A stretch of 64,000 nt of DNA from an uncultured Acidobacteriota bacterium. GTDB lineage: Bacteria > Actinomycetota > Acidimicrobiia > Spongiisociales > ZC4RG35. Shown one piece after another: positions 1 through 8,933 of the stretch. Position 1 is the stretch's first letter, and each line of letters begins with the position of its first letter. Under the pieces are notes generated by a model, which was given only the letters and a program-made list of their open reading frames with translations, was not told the DNA's origin and made no database searches. Where the stretch lies: assembly GCA_963828465.1 (NCBI GenBank), contig CAWHEU010000020.1, positions 128,001-192,000 on the forward strand, in the 5' to 3' direction. The position numbers and the translations under genes were made by a program.

Positions 1-389
1 TGAGCTCATCGAAATGAAGATGGCGGGCAAAAGGGCCCTCCTCTTGGCCGTCGATGAGCGGGACCTCGACTCACCGCCCGAGGCGAAAGGAGTGCGTCTC
101 CTCCCTGTCCAGGACCCCTATCTCCAGCAACGGGATCGTGCGACGCTGCTGCCTGATCAGACGGCCCGTCGGCGGCTCTGGCAGGCAGTTCGAGGCCCGG
201 GCGCGCTGCTGGTCGATGGCGTGGTCACCGGCACCTGGCGTGGCCGGGTCAAGGGACAGCGTTGGGAGGTCGAGCTCGAGCCCTTCGGGCGTCTCCTCGC
301 CAGGGTGCGCGATGCGATATCCGACGAGGCCGAGACTATGGCTCCCCCTCAAGGGATGCTCATCGGCGGCGGTCGAAGTCAGCGGATAG
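1..389 (+). CDS. 3' part of AlkZ-like / winged-helix (HTH_42) DNA glycosylase family protein; 5'-truncated by the window, apparent indel near 345
   Basis: VRLLPVQDPYL...PGALLVDGVVTGTW is typical of the family C-terminus; natural-looking end LKGCSSAAVEVSG* lies in a shifted frame, stop at 389 followed by a hairpin. Confidence 0.7.
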
Positions 390-412
390 GGCCGCCTGAG
401 GCGGCGCCTTTG

Positions 413-503
413 CGGAGGGGGAGGGATTCGAACCCTCGAGGAGGCGTCAGCCCCCTACGGCATTTCGAGTGCCGCGCACTAGACCGGACTATGCGACCCC
501 TCC
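413..503 (-). tRNA. tRNA-Ser(CGA)
   Basis: Reverse complement folds as a cloverleaf: GGAGGGG acceptor, CGGCA-CT CGA AA-TGCCG anticodon arm, long variable arm, GGTTCGAATCC T arm. Confidence 0.96.
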
Positions 504-525
504 AGGGGCGGCTGGTTTGGCGGAG

Positions 526-616
526 CGGAGGGAGAGGGATTTGAACCCTCGAGGGAGCGTGAACCCCCAACGGCATTTCCAGTGCCGCGCACTAGACCGG
601 ACTATGCGATCCCTCC
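526..616 (-). tRNA. tRNA-Ser(GGA)
   Basis: Cloverleaf with CGGCA-CT GGA AA-TGCCG anticodon arm, long variable arm, GGTTCAAATCC T arm. Confidence 0.96.
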
Positions 617-665
617 GGAGTTGCCTTGCCGGGACCGGCAGGCAGATAGAGGATAATCGACGCAC

Positions 666-1138
666 ATGGCTGAGCCGATGCCCTCCGATCGCTATATCGA
701 CCCGATGCGCCAGGCCCTGAAAGCAGCAACCGAGGCAGCGGGCACAGGCGACGTGCCCGTGGGTGCCCTCCTTCTCGACGCAACGGGAGCAGTGGTGACA
801 GTCGATCACAACCGGCGGGAGGAATTGTCCGACCCCACCGCACATGCCGAGATCCTGGTGATCTCGGCCCGGGCCCGGGAGATCGACGATTGGCGCTTGA
901 CCGGGCACACCCTCGTGGTGACCCTCGAGCCCTGCCCCATGTGCGCCGGAGCGGCGGTGCTGGCACGTCTCGACCGCATCGTCTACGGGGCCGCGGACCT
1001 GAAGGCCGGAGCCGCCTGGTCGCTCTACAACATCCCCCAGGATCGCCGGCTCAACCACCGGATCGACCTGATCGAAGGCGTCCTTGCCGACGAGTGCTCT
1101 GCGCTCCTCACCGGTTTCTTCGCCGGACCAAGCGCTGA
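666..1138 (+). CDS. tadA: tRNA adenosine(34) deaminase; probable indel near 1125
   Basis: DVPVGA, DPTAHAE and TLEPCPMC motifs; as called the ORF runs to 1286 into the MFS gene, whereas the shifted frame ends KR* at 1138 next to the MFS stop. Confidence 0.9.
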
Positions 1139-1139
1139 C

Positions 1140-2303
1140 TCACGCAGGGATTGCCGCCTCCGAGGCCACCAGACGCCGGTCCCAAATCGCATACACCACC
1201 GCACCGACCCCCAGGACCAGAGCCACCGCGGAGAAGGCGGTTCGGTAGTCGAAACCGTCGATCAGGCCGCCAACCGCCGGAGCTGAGGCGAGAAGGGCGA
1301 TGTCGAAGATCGAAGTGAAGATCGCCATTGCAGATCCTCGTTCGGCCGTCCGCGCCCGGCTCACTACCTGGCTGGTGAGAATCGGGAACAGGATGCCATG
1401 GGACAGACCGGCCGCGAAGGCGGCCGCCACGATGACTGCGGCGTTACCCGCTACGGCCAGCAACAGAAGAGCCGATCCGTAAGCCAGCAGGGCCCCGGTG
1501 ACGAATGGACGCTGTGGTATCCGGTCGTAATGCCGCCCGCCGAAGATTCTCGTGGCGGCTGCGGTCACGCCGTACACGCCGAAGAAGAGACCCGTGGAAC
1601 CGACACCCCGATCGGCGACGAAGGTCCTGGTGAAGGTGAAGATCGTCTCCATGCCGATGCTCAATGCGAGCGTCACCCACCACAAAGGAAGGAGGTTGCG
1701 TTGGGCCAGGGCCGACCAGAAGCCACGTCGGGGACGATGGCCAAGGATCGGGAGCAACGGCAGGCGCCACACCAATAACCACGAGCCGAGGCTGGCCGCC
1801 GATGCCAGCACGAACAGGGCCGGGTATCCGAAGGCCTCGATGACGACGTCGCCGACGACACCCCCGAGTGCGATGGGTAGGAGCCCGGAGAGACCAAATA
1901 GAGCCAGTCCCTGTGTGCGATGCTCGATAGGGATCGAATCCGCACCGTAGGTGAGCATGGTGGTGAAAAGGGCGATCTGCAGCACGCGTTGCGCAAGGAA
2001 GAGCACCCAGAGATACGGGCCCCAAACGGTGGTGGTGGCCAGGGCAAGCACGACCGTCGCGTTGAGCAAGCCGGCGACCAGGAGCACGGTGCGCCGGTTT
2101 GTCAGGTCCAGGATCCTCCCGAAGGCAGGGCGGAAGAGCAAGGCGAGCACGGCTCCAGCTGCGTAGAGCAAGCCGATCAGCGCCTCGGTGACTCCGAGCG
2201 TTTCGAAATAGCCGGGGACATGGACCAGGAGGAAGAAGGACATCTCTTGCAGCAGCGCGGCGGCGAAGAGCTTGCCGAAATTGGGGCCAAAGCGGGCGGA
2301 CAC
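1140..2303 (-). CDS. MFS transporter
   Basis: 387 aa, about 12 hydrophobic segments, GRILDLTNRR motif-A-like loop. Confidence 0.88.
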   Translation of the reverse strand: MSARFGPNFGKLFAAALLQEMSFFLLVHVPGYFETLGVTEALIGLLYAAGAVLALLFRPAFGRILDLTNRRTVLLVAGLLNATVVLALATTTVWGPYLWVLFLAQRVLQIALFTTMLTYGADSIPIEHRTQGLALFGLSGLLPIALGGVVGDVVIEAFGYPALFVLASAASLGSWLLVWRLPLLPILGHRPRRGFWSALAQRNLLPLWWVTLALSIGMETIFTFTRTFVADRGVGSTGLFFGVYGVTAAATRIFGGRHYDRIPQRPFVTGALLAYGSALLLLAVAGNAAVIVAAAFAAGLSHGILFPILTSQVVSRARTAERGSAMAIFTSIFDIALLASAPAVGGLIDGFDYRTAFSAVALVLGVGAVVYAIWDRRLVASEAAIPA

Positions 2304-2374
2304 AGCCGCTGCAAGGTAACAGGGCCGCAGTCCGTCGAAGTCGTAATAGTCGACGGGCGCCTACCCTTGTCGTC

Positions 2375-2646
2375 GATCGTGATAGGCGGGGCGCTAGGGG
2401 TGCCCTGAACCCGAAATCCTCTCCATGCGGGGCTGAATTCCCCGCCCGAGGGTCCACGTGACACCGGCAGATGGTGGACACGGGACGTTGACGGTCGGGT
2501 CCTGCGCGGCGGAACACCACGAACCGGGTCAGATCCGGAAGGAAGCAGCTCTAAGTGGACCGTTCCGGGTGACGCAGGGCGGCCTGACCCGAGTCCACGC
2601 CCGCCAATCGACGGCGTTGCAAGGTCTCGACGGCGGGGGCACGATC
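2375..2646 (+). ncRNA. ffs: Signal recognition particle RNA, large (Alu-domain) bacterial type
   Basis: S-domain core GAACCGGGTCAGATCCGGAAGGAAGCAGCTCTAAG (2521-2555); terminal helix GATCGTG 2375-2381 / CACGATC 2640-2646; Alu-like 5' part GGCGGGGCGCTAGGGGTGCCCTGAACCCGAAATCC. Confidence 0.92.
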
Positions 2647-2663
2647 AAGCTCGCTGCGCTCGC

Positions 2664-2691
2664 GGTTCTGGGTTCTAAGTTCTAGGTTCTA
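2664..2691. repeat. Heptamer tandem repeat (RGTTCTR)x4
   Basis: ggttctg ggttcta agttcta ggttcta, overlapping the methyltransferase stop. Confidence 0.7.
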
Positions 2692-3322
2692 GGTCAGGCT
2701 TCCGAAGCCGGGCTCCGTAGACGAAGCCGAACATGCCCATGCGCCAGATGTGCTCGGGGGTGAGGGCATGGCCCAGAAACAGGTTTTCGGGGGGCGGGAG
2801 AGAATCCAGGGACCGGTGCAAGTACCAGTACTCCCGCGGGGCGCCGGCAAAGAGGAGTCCAACGAGGGGCAGCAGGACGGCAGTGCCGAGTCTGTGAAGC
2901 ATGCGGAGCACGCCGCTGCGCGGCCGAGTCAGATCGACCACCACCGCCGTCGAGCCGGGTTTCAGCACCCGATCGATCTCGGACAAGGTGTCCTCAATCG
3001 AGCTCAGGTTGCGGAAGACGAACCCGCTGAAGATCGCGTCGAGGGACGCGTCCCGGAACGGGAGCGCCTCCCCCGTCCCGACGACCCGGTCACGGACCGG
3101 GCTGAGTGCCAGCATCTCGATGACCGGGTCCAGGCCCACCACGCCCCTGCCCTCGAAGTCGGTGGCGCCCGTCCCACAACCGAGGTCGAGAACGGTGCCC
3201 CGCCCCAACATCTCGATGCCACGGGACCGCCATCTCTCTTCCTGGCCCAGGGACAGGATCCGATTGATCAGGTCGTATCGAGCCGCGATCCGGGCAAATA
3301 TCGGATCGGAAACCTCACTCAC
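2675..3322 (-). CDS. Class I SAM-dependent methyltransferase, MenG/UbiE-like
   Basis: FARIAARYDLINRILSLG N-terminus, VLDLGCGTG, LPFRDASLD, RVLKPG. Confidence 0.85.
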   Translation of the reverse strand: MSEVSDPIFARIAARYDLINRILSLGQEERWRSRGIEMLGRGTVLDLGCGTGATDFEGRGVVGLDPVIEMLALSPVRDRVVGTGEALPFRDASLDAIFSGFVFRNLSSIEDTLSEIDRVLKPGSTAVVVDLTRPRSGVLRMLHRLGTAVLLPLVGLLFAGAPREYWYLHRSLDSLPPPENLFLGHALTPEHIWRMGMFGFVYGARLRKPDLEPRT

Positions 3323-4566
3323 GACTCGATGACGTCGAAACCCGTATAGCGACGGAGCGCCTCGGGAATGACGACCGAGCCGTCGGGCTGCTGGTGATTC
3401 TCGAGGATGGCGAGGATGGTGCGACCCACGGCACAGGCCGTCCCGTTGAGCGTGTGCAATACCTCGTTCCCCTGCTCGGTCCTCATCCTGATCTTGAGCC
3501 GTCGCGCCTGATAATCAGTCGTATTGGAACACGAGGTGATCTCGCGGTATGCCTGCTCTCCCGGGAACCAGGCCTCGATGTCGTACTTCTTGGCGGCCGA
3601 GGCACCAAGATCCCCGGCCGCGATATTCACCACCCGGTAGGGAATCTCCAACTCGCCGACCAGATTCTCCTCCACGGCGAGGAGCCGGTCGTGCTCTGCG
3701 ACCGAATCGTCGGGGCTGGTGAACACGAACATCTCGACCTTGTCGAACTGGTGGACCCTGAAGATGCCGGCCGTGTCCTTCCCATAAGTCCCCGCCTCCC
3801 GTCGGAAACAGGTGGAGAATCCTGCGTACCGCCGGGGTAGGTCATTGGATTCCAGGATCTCGTCGGTGTGATAGGCGGCGAGGGGGACCTCGGCGGTTCC
3901 GACAAGAAAGAGCTCGTCCCGGGGGATCTCGTAGACCTGCTCCCTGGCCTCAGGAAAGAACCCGGTGCCAACCAGCGCCTCCTCCCGCACCAGGACCGGT
4001 GGGACCATCGGGGTGAAACCCTCGGCAACGAGGTGGTCCATGGCCCAGCGCACCAAGGAGAACTCCAGCAACGCCCCCTTGCCCTTGAGATAGCCGAACC
4101 GGCTTCCCGACACCTTTGCGGCGCGGATCGTGTCGATGATCCCGAGCCTCTCACCGAGAGTTGCGTGATCGGTTCCCTCGGTGAGGGGCTCACCCACCCG
4201 CTTGATCTCCAGGCTGTCCTCTTCACCGAACCCCTCGGCAGCGTCAGGTGCCACCAGATTGGGCACCTCGAGGATGGCCGAGTCGAATTCCGACTCCAGA
4301 CGATCGACTTCCGACGCCGCCTCCTTGACCTGACCTGCGAGATCAGCGACCGCTGCGATGGCAACCTCCTTGGCCTGACCGTCGAGACCCGCTATCTCCC
4401 GTCCCGATTCCTTCTGTTTGGCCCGGAGCTCCTCGGCCCTCCGACGGGCTCCGCGGAGGCTCGACTCCAGTGAGATGACAGAGTCGAGATCGACCTTCGA
4501 GCCGCGCCGGGCCAGTGCTTCCCGGATCGCGTCGGGGTCATCTCGGAGCAGCCGGGGGTCGATCAT
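3319..4566 (-). CDS. serS: Serine--tRNA ligase
   Basis: GTAEVPL, CFRREAG, RVHQFDKVE, EITSCSN, HTLNGTA motifs. Confidence 0.98.
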   Translation of the reverse strand: MIDPRLLRDDPDAIREALARRGSKVDLDSVISLESSLRGARRRAEELRAKQKESGREIAGLDGQAKEVAIAAVADLAGQVKEAASEVDRLESEFDSAILEVPNLVAPDAAEGFGEEDSLEIKRVGEPLTEGTDHATLGERLGIIDTIRAAKVSGSRFGYLKGKGALLEFSLVRWAMDHLVAEGFTPMVPPVLVREEALVGTGFFPEAREQVYEIPRDELFLVGTAEVPLAAYHTDEILESNDLPRRYAGFSTCFRREAGTYGKDTAGIFRVHQFDKVEMFVFTSPDDSVAEHDRLLAVEENLVGELEIPYRVVNIAAGDLGASAAKKYDIEAWFPGEQAYREITSCSNTTDYQARRLKIRMRTEQGNEVLHTLNGTACAVGRTILAILENHQQPDGSVVIPEALRRYTGFDVIES

Positions 4567-4602
4567 GAGAGCGAGGATGGTACCGACCGCCTGGGTCGGC
4601 CC

Positions 4603-5598
4603 CTACTCGTCGTTCACCTCGAAGAGAACGCTCACGACGTTGTCTTCGAGATCGACGTCGTTTGTGATCGCGGTGAGGCTCGCTGCGACCTCATAGAGGG
4701 CGCCAGGGATGACTGGGATCTCGAGGAACTGCACTGCTGTCTGCTGGCCCGGCTCGAGCACCGGCACCATCTCTGAGAGCACCACCGGGTCGGACTCGCC
4801 GGACAGGGTGAGCTCGATGGGCTCGGGCTCGCTGGCCACGTTGCCGGCATTGCCCACCACGACGGAGAAATTCAACAACTCGGTGGCCGGCACGATCGCC
4901 TGGTCGGACGGATCGACGTTCCAGAGCGGGTCGGAGGTGATCGATGACACCTGGAGTCCCGGCCGGAGCCCGATCCCGCTGTTCGGTGAGCGCGATGCTT
5001 CGACATAGGCCTGCGACAACGTGAACAGCTCGCCCTCGGCTGGGAGCATGAGCACCTCGGGCATCGCAGCGACCGGGTCCGGCACCTCCTCTTCCTCCAG
5101 CTCCCGAACCAGGTCGGTGTAGAGGCGATCCCCCGCCCGCAGCTCGGCCAGAGCATTCGCGATGTTGTCCGTCACCACCGTGTCGGTCGGGTCATCGGCG
5201 GCGGCGAGGATGCCGGACGCGAACCCGCTCACACCCACCGTCCACGCCTCCAACGCTCTGCGATATACCGCGTTGGCCGCAACGAGGTTCTCAGAGGACG
5301 GTCCTGTTTCGACCAGCTCCAACCCGATCTCGAGATCCTCACGCAAGCCATCGGTCGCCGTGACGAGCTCGGACCGATCGATACGGGAGAGGCGGGAGAT
5401 GACAACTCTCAGCGAATCGGCGCCCATCGAGAGATCGGATGCAGTCTCGTGCATGGAATCGAGGTACTGCAGTTCGGCTCGGGTGTCGTCGCCTTCGCTG
5501 GTTACGACCACGGCAACCACGGCGGCTGCGGTCACGACCGCAGGCCAGAGGAAGCGGCCAAGAGACCGTCGGCGAGATTTGGGTTGGTCGAGCATCAT
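4603..5598 (-). CDS. Membrane-anchored hypothetical protein with C-terminal CARDB/Ig-like domain
   Basis: ATG at 5598, basic N-terminus plus TM helix, acidic helical body, VVVGNAGNV...LEPGQ...DLEDN CARDB-like end. Confidence 0.65.
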   Translation of the reverse strand: MMLDQPKSRRRSLGRFLWPAVVTAAAVVAVVVTSEGDDTRAELQYLDSMHETASDLSMGADSLRVVISRLSRIDRSELVTATDGLREDLEIGLELVETGPSSENLVAANAVYRRALEAWTVGVSGFASGILAAADDPTDTVVTDNIANALAELRAGDRLYTDLVRELEEEEVPDPVAAMPEVLMLPAEGELFTLSQAYVEASRSPNSGIGLRPGLQVSSITSDPLWNVDPSDQAIVPATELLNFSVVVGNAGNVASEPEPIELTLSGESDPVVLSEMVPVLEPGQQTAVQFLEIPVIPGALYEVAASLTAITNDVDLEDNVVSVLFEVNDE

Positions 5599-5658
5599 CG
5601 TCACTGGTTTTCCGGCCACAGGCCGAGGCGAGAAGCGTATGCCGGCCGAGGGAGATAC

Positions 5659-5677
5659 AAGGGGGTCGCCCCCCTTT
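5659..5677. terminator. Hairpin downstream of tRNA-Leu
   Basis: aagggggtcgccccccttt inverted repeat. Confidence 0.5.
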
Positions 5678-5686
5678 AAGTGGCGG

Positions 5687-5770
5687 TGGGCGAGGGGGGA
5701 CTTGAACCCCCACGATCTTGCGATCACAGGAACCTGAATCCTCCGCGTCTGCCAATTCCGCCACTCGCCC
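5687..5770 (-). tRNA. tRNA-Leu(CAG)
   Basis: GGGCGAGTGGCGGAATTGGCAGACGCG...TT CAG GT...GGTTCAAGTCC...CTCGCCCA. Confidence 0.96.
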
Positions 5771-5853
5771 GGGATCGAGGCGAAATCGTACCGTCGCACC
5801 GTGGGTTCCGGTAGTCGGCAACACTGTCCCGGGCCGGCCGTAACCTCTCGACG

Positions 5854-6504
5854 GTGAGCCTGGCACGCAGTCTCGAACGACGTCTCGAACGCCTCCTGGA
5901 GGGCGCAACCGGCCGCGTTTTCTCCGGGCGATTGCATCCATCCGAAATGGCCGGACGCATCGCAAGGGAGGCCGATCTCAGCCGCTACCGCCATGAATCG
6001 GGTCCGGCAACGGCCAACAAATACGTGTTGACGGTGAGCCCGGCCGACCTCGACGTCGACCCTTCCACTCTCGAGAAGAAGCTCGAGATGGCCCTTGCCG
6101 AGCACGCCGCCGGCGTTGGCCTCCTCTTCGAGGGGCCACCGACCGTGAAGATCGTGACTTCGGGTGAGATGACACCGGGACAGTTCTCCTGCACACCCTC
6201 GGTCGAGCCGGGCCCGCTCCCGCCGTGGGCCAGACTCACCGGTTCCGGTACCAGCATCGAGATCGGAGCCAACCGGGTGACTCTCGGGAGGTCGGAGGAG
6301 GCCGACATCGTGCTTCCCTACGACAACGTGTCGCGCAAGCACGCCCTGATCTGGCGCTCCGAAGGCAGGTCCTGGATCCAGGATCTCGGGTCGTCGAACG
6401 GGACCCTGGTCGACGGGGCAGGGGTTGGCGAGCGACCTGTGCTGCTGCAGAATGGCTCGGTGGTAAGCCTGGCCGGGCACCGCTACCGGTTCATCGAGGG
6501 GTAG
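5854..6504 (+). CDS. fhaA: FhaA (DUF3662 + FHA domain)
   Basis: LERRLERLLEG N-terminus; FHA motifs LGRS, VSRKHA, DLGSSNGT; synteny. Confidence 0.9.
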   Translation: MSLARSLERRLERLLEGATGRVFSGRLHPSEMAGRIAREADLSRYRHESGPATANKYVLTVSPADLDVDPSTLEKKLEMALAEHAAGVGLLFEGPPTVKIVTSGEMTPGQFSCTPSVEPGPLPPWARLTGSGTSIEIGANRVTLGRSEEADIVLPYDNVSRKHALIWRSEGRSWIQDLGSSNGTLVDGAGVGERPVLLQNGSVVSLAGHRYRFIEG

Positions 6505-6506
6505 GA

Positions 6507-6917
6507 ATGCCCGACATCATCCTGGCCTTGCTCCGGATCATCTTCCTGGGCCTCGTCTACCTCTTCGTATGGCAAGTGGCCCGCGCTATCGGCGCACATC
6601 TAGGAATATCCCTTCGACGAAAGCGCCGGGAGGGCACCAAAGTCGTGATGATCAAGTCTGAGACCCAACAGGGCACCGAGCTGGAAGTGGAGGATGTGAC
6701 GGTGCTCGGACGCTCGCCCGAGGCCGATGTGCTGCTCGATGACCCCTACGCTTCGGAGTTCCACATGCGCCTGGTAGCCCAGGACAGCGGGATGGTGCTG
6801 CATGACCTCGGCAGCACGAACGGGACCTATATCAACGGGCGTCGTGTGACCGCCCCCACCACCCTGCGTCGTGGCGACAACATCCAGGTGGGGAAGACCG
6901 TGATGGAAGTCCGATGA
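6507..6917 (+). CDS. fhaB: Membrane-anchored FHA-domain protein (FhaB/FipA-like)
   Basis: N-terminal TM helix, LGRS, DLGSTNGT; position between fhaA and pstP. Confidence 0.85.
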   Translation: MPDIILALLRIIFLGLVYLFVWQVARAIGAHLGISLRRKRREGTKVVMIKSETQQGTELEVEDVTVLGRSPEADVLLDDPYASEFHMRLVAQDSGMVLHDLGSTNGTYINGRRVTAPTTLRRGDNIQVGKTVMEVR

Positions 6918-7621
6918 GATACGTCTGGGGGTCGGCCACCCACCAGGGCATGGTCCGACAGAACAACGAGGACTCCCTGTTCCCGGACAAATCCGGTGAG
7001 TCCGACGGGCCGGCCGTGCTGATGGTTGCCGACGGGATGGGTGGCCACATCGCGGGTGAGGTCGCCTCGCGACTCGCCATCAACGCCGCTGCCTCCGCCG
7101 ACCTCGATCCCGACGACCGCGTCGCCGCCGCCAACCGTGCCATACGCGAGGAGGTCGCCCGTCAGCCCGATCTCGAGGGTATGGGGACCACCCTGACCCT
7201 GGTGGAGCTGGCTCCCGAGAGGACCGCGCGCTTCGGGCATGTCGGCGACAGTCGCGCCTACCTGTACCGGGACGGTGAGCTGAGACAACTCACCGAGGAT
7301 CACACTGTCGCGGCCGAGTATGTGGCCCTCGGCCACATATCGGTCGATGAGATGGACGAACACCCGCAGAGCCACATGCTCACCCGGTGCCTCGGCCTGA
7401 CGCGGTTTGTGAACGTCGACCGCATCGACCTCGACCTCGACCCCGGTGATCGACTGCTGCTGTGCTCCGACGGTCTCAACTCGATGGTGCCACCAAAGGG
7501 AATCGCAAAGGCCCTGGCCAATGGGAGCGCCGACGAGGCGGCTTGGAAGCTCGTCGAGGCGGCAAACAAGGCCGGAGGGCACGACAACATCAGCGTCATC
7601 GTCATCGACGTCGTCTCCTGA
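6914..7621 (+). CDS. pstP: PP2C-type Ser/Thr protein phosphatase
   Basis: RQNNED, VADGMGGH, HVGDSRAY, CSDGL, GGHDN motifs. Confidence 0.93.
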   Translation: MRYVWGSATHQGMVRQNNEDSLFPDKSGESDGPAVLMVADGMGGHIAGEVASRLAINAAASADLDPDDRVAAANRAIREEVARQPDLEGMGTTLTLVELAPERTARFGHVGDSRAYLYRDGELRQLTEDHTVAAEYVALGHISVDEMDEHPQSHMLTRCLGLTRFVNVDRIDLDLDPGDRLLLCSDGLNSMVPPKGIAKALANGSADEAAWKLVEAANKAGGHDNISVIVIDVVS

Positions 7622-7625
7622 GCCC

Positions 7626-8933
7626 ATGACCCGCAATACCGAGGGCGCATTGATCGTGGCGGCGTGTGTGTTGGCGGCGTTCGCCGTGACACTGGTCAAC
7701 TTCGCCCAGGAACGGAGTGTCGATGCCCAGACCGCCCTGACCTTCCTCGTCCTCCTGATCGCCTTTGGAGGGCTCCACATGGCGGTGCGGGCATTCGCCC
7801 CCAAGGCCACACCGCTGCTCCTCCCACCGGTCACCGCCCTGACCGCACTGGGCTTCTTCCAGATCTACCGGCTCGACTTCGCCACCGAAACCGTCAGGGC
7901 CAGCTCTCAGAGGTGGTGGATCCTGATCGCGGCCGGTCTGGCTTCCTTGACTCTCCTGTTGTTCAGCCGGAGCTCGATCTCGATCTTGCGCCGATACCGA
8001 AACATCACCTTGCTCATCTCGCTGGTGCTGATCCTGCTCCCCAACCTGCCTGCCGACTGGGGGTTCCCTCTGCGGGGGTTGTCGGTGAACGGCTCCCGGC
8101 TCTGGGTCCTCCTCGATGTGGGGTTCACGACCTTTCAGTTCCAGCCCGCGGAGCTGGCCAAGCTGGGCCTGGTCGCGTATGTCGCCGGCTATCTCGCCGA
8201 CCACCAGCGAGCGCTCCGCGAGGCACGGCGCCACATCGGGCCCATCGCCTTCCCCGAGCCCCGTCAGCTGATCCCACTGCTCATCACCTGGGGAGTCAGC
8301 GTCTTGATACTGATCTCGCAGCGTGATCTCGGTGCTTCGCTGCTTCTGTTCGTTGGGTTCGTCCTCTTGCTCTACGCCGCCACCGGCACCACGGGGTACC
8401 TCGTGGCCGGCGCCTTCCTCGGAGCTATCGCCGGGGTGGCGTCGTATCTCGCCTTTGATCATGTACAGCGTCGGGTGATCGCCTGGATCGCGCCTTTCGA
8501 ACACTATGAGGATGAAGGCTTTCAGATCGCCCAGGGGCTCTTCGCGATGGGGACGGGGAGCCTTTCCGGAGCAGGGCCTGGGCTCGGCAGGCCCGATCTC
8601 ATCCCCAACGCCGCCACCGATTTCATCTTCGCTGCCGTCGGCGAGGAGTTGGGGTTCGCCGGGACGGTGTCGGTTATCGCACTGTTCGCCCTCACCGTTG
8701 CGGTGGGCTTGGGCATCGCCTTCCGCAGCCGCGACACCTTCCGCAAGCTGCTGGCAGCGGGCCTCACTTTCGTTCTGGCCGTCCAGACGATCCTGATCAT
8801 CGGGGGGGTGGTCCGGCTCGTACCTCTCACGGGCATCACACTTCCCTTCATGTCATACGGCGGCTCTGCCCTGGTCGGAAACATGATCCTGATCGCGCTC
8901 CTGCTCCGGATCAGCCACGAGGAGGCCCAGTGA
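7626..8933 (+). CDS. rodA: FtsW/RodA/SpoVE family SEDS protein
   Basis: FQPAELAK, QRDLG, TDFIF, PLTGITLPFMSYGGS. Confidence 0.93.
   Translation: MTRNTEGALIVAACVLAAFAVTLVNFAQERSVDAQTALTFLVLLIAFGGLHMAVRAFAPKATPLLLPPVTALTALGFFQIYRLDFATETVRASSQRWWILIAAGLASLTLLLFSRSSISILRRYRNITLLISLVLILLPNLPADWGFPLRGLSVNGSRLWVLLDVGFTTFQFQPAELAKLGLVAYVAGYLADHQRALREARRHIGPIAFPEPRQLIPLLITWGVSVLILISQRDLGASLLLFVGFVLLLYAATGTTGYLVAGAFLGAIAGVASYLAFDHVQRRVIAWIAPFEHYEDEGFQIAQGLFAMGTGSLSGAGPGLGRPDLIPNAATDFIFAAVGEELGFAGTVSVIALFALTVAVGLGIAFRSRDTFRKLLAAGLTFVLAVQTILIIGGVVRLVPLTGITLPFMSYGGSALVGNMILIALLLRISHEEAQ

Noticed and set aside
379-620. Direct repeat as CRISPR array or prophage att site
   Set aside because: Both copies are complete tRNA genes; no spacers, cas genes or integrase
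14-720. Long ORFs running across the two tRNA-Ser genes
   Set aside because: Antisense read-through of tRNA sequence, partly caused by the indel near 345
4603-6480. 625-aa ORF as one protein
   Set aside because: The upstream half overlaps tRNA-Leu and antisense fhaA; the plausible start is 5598
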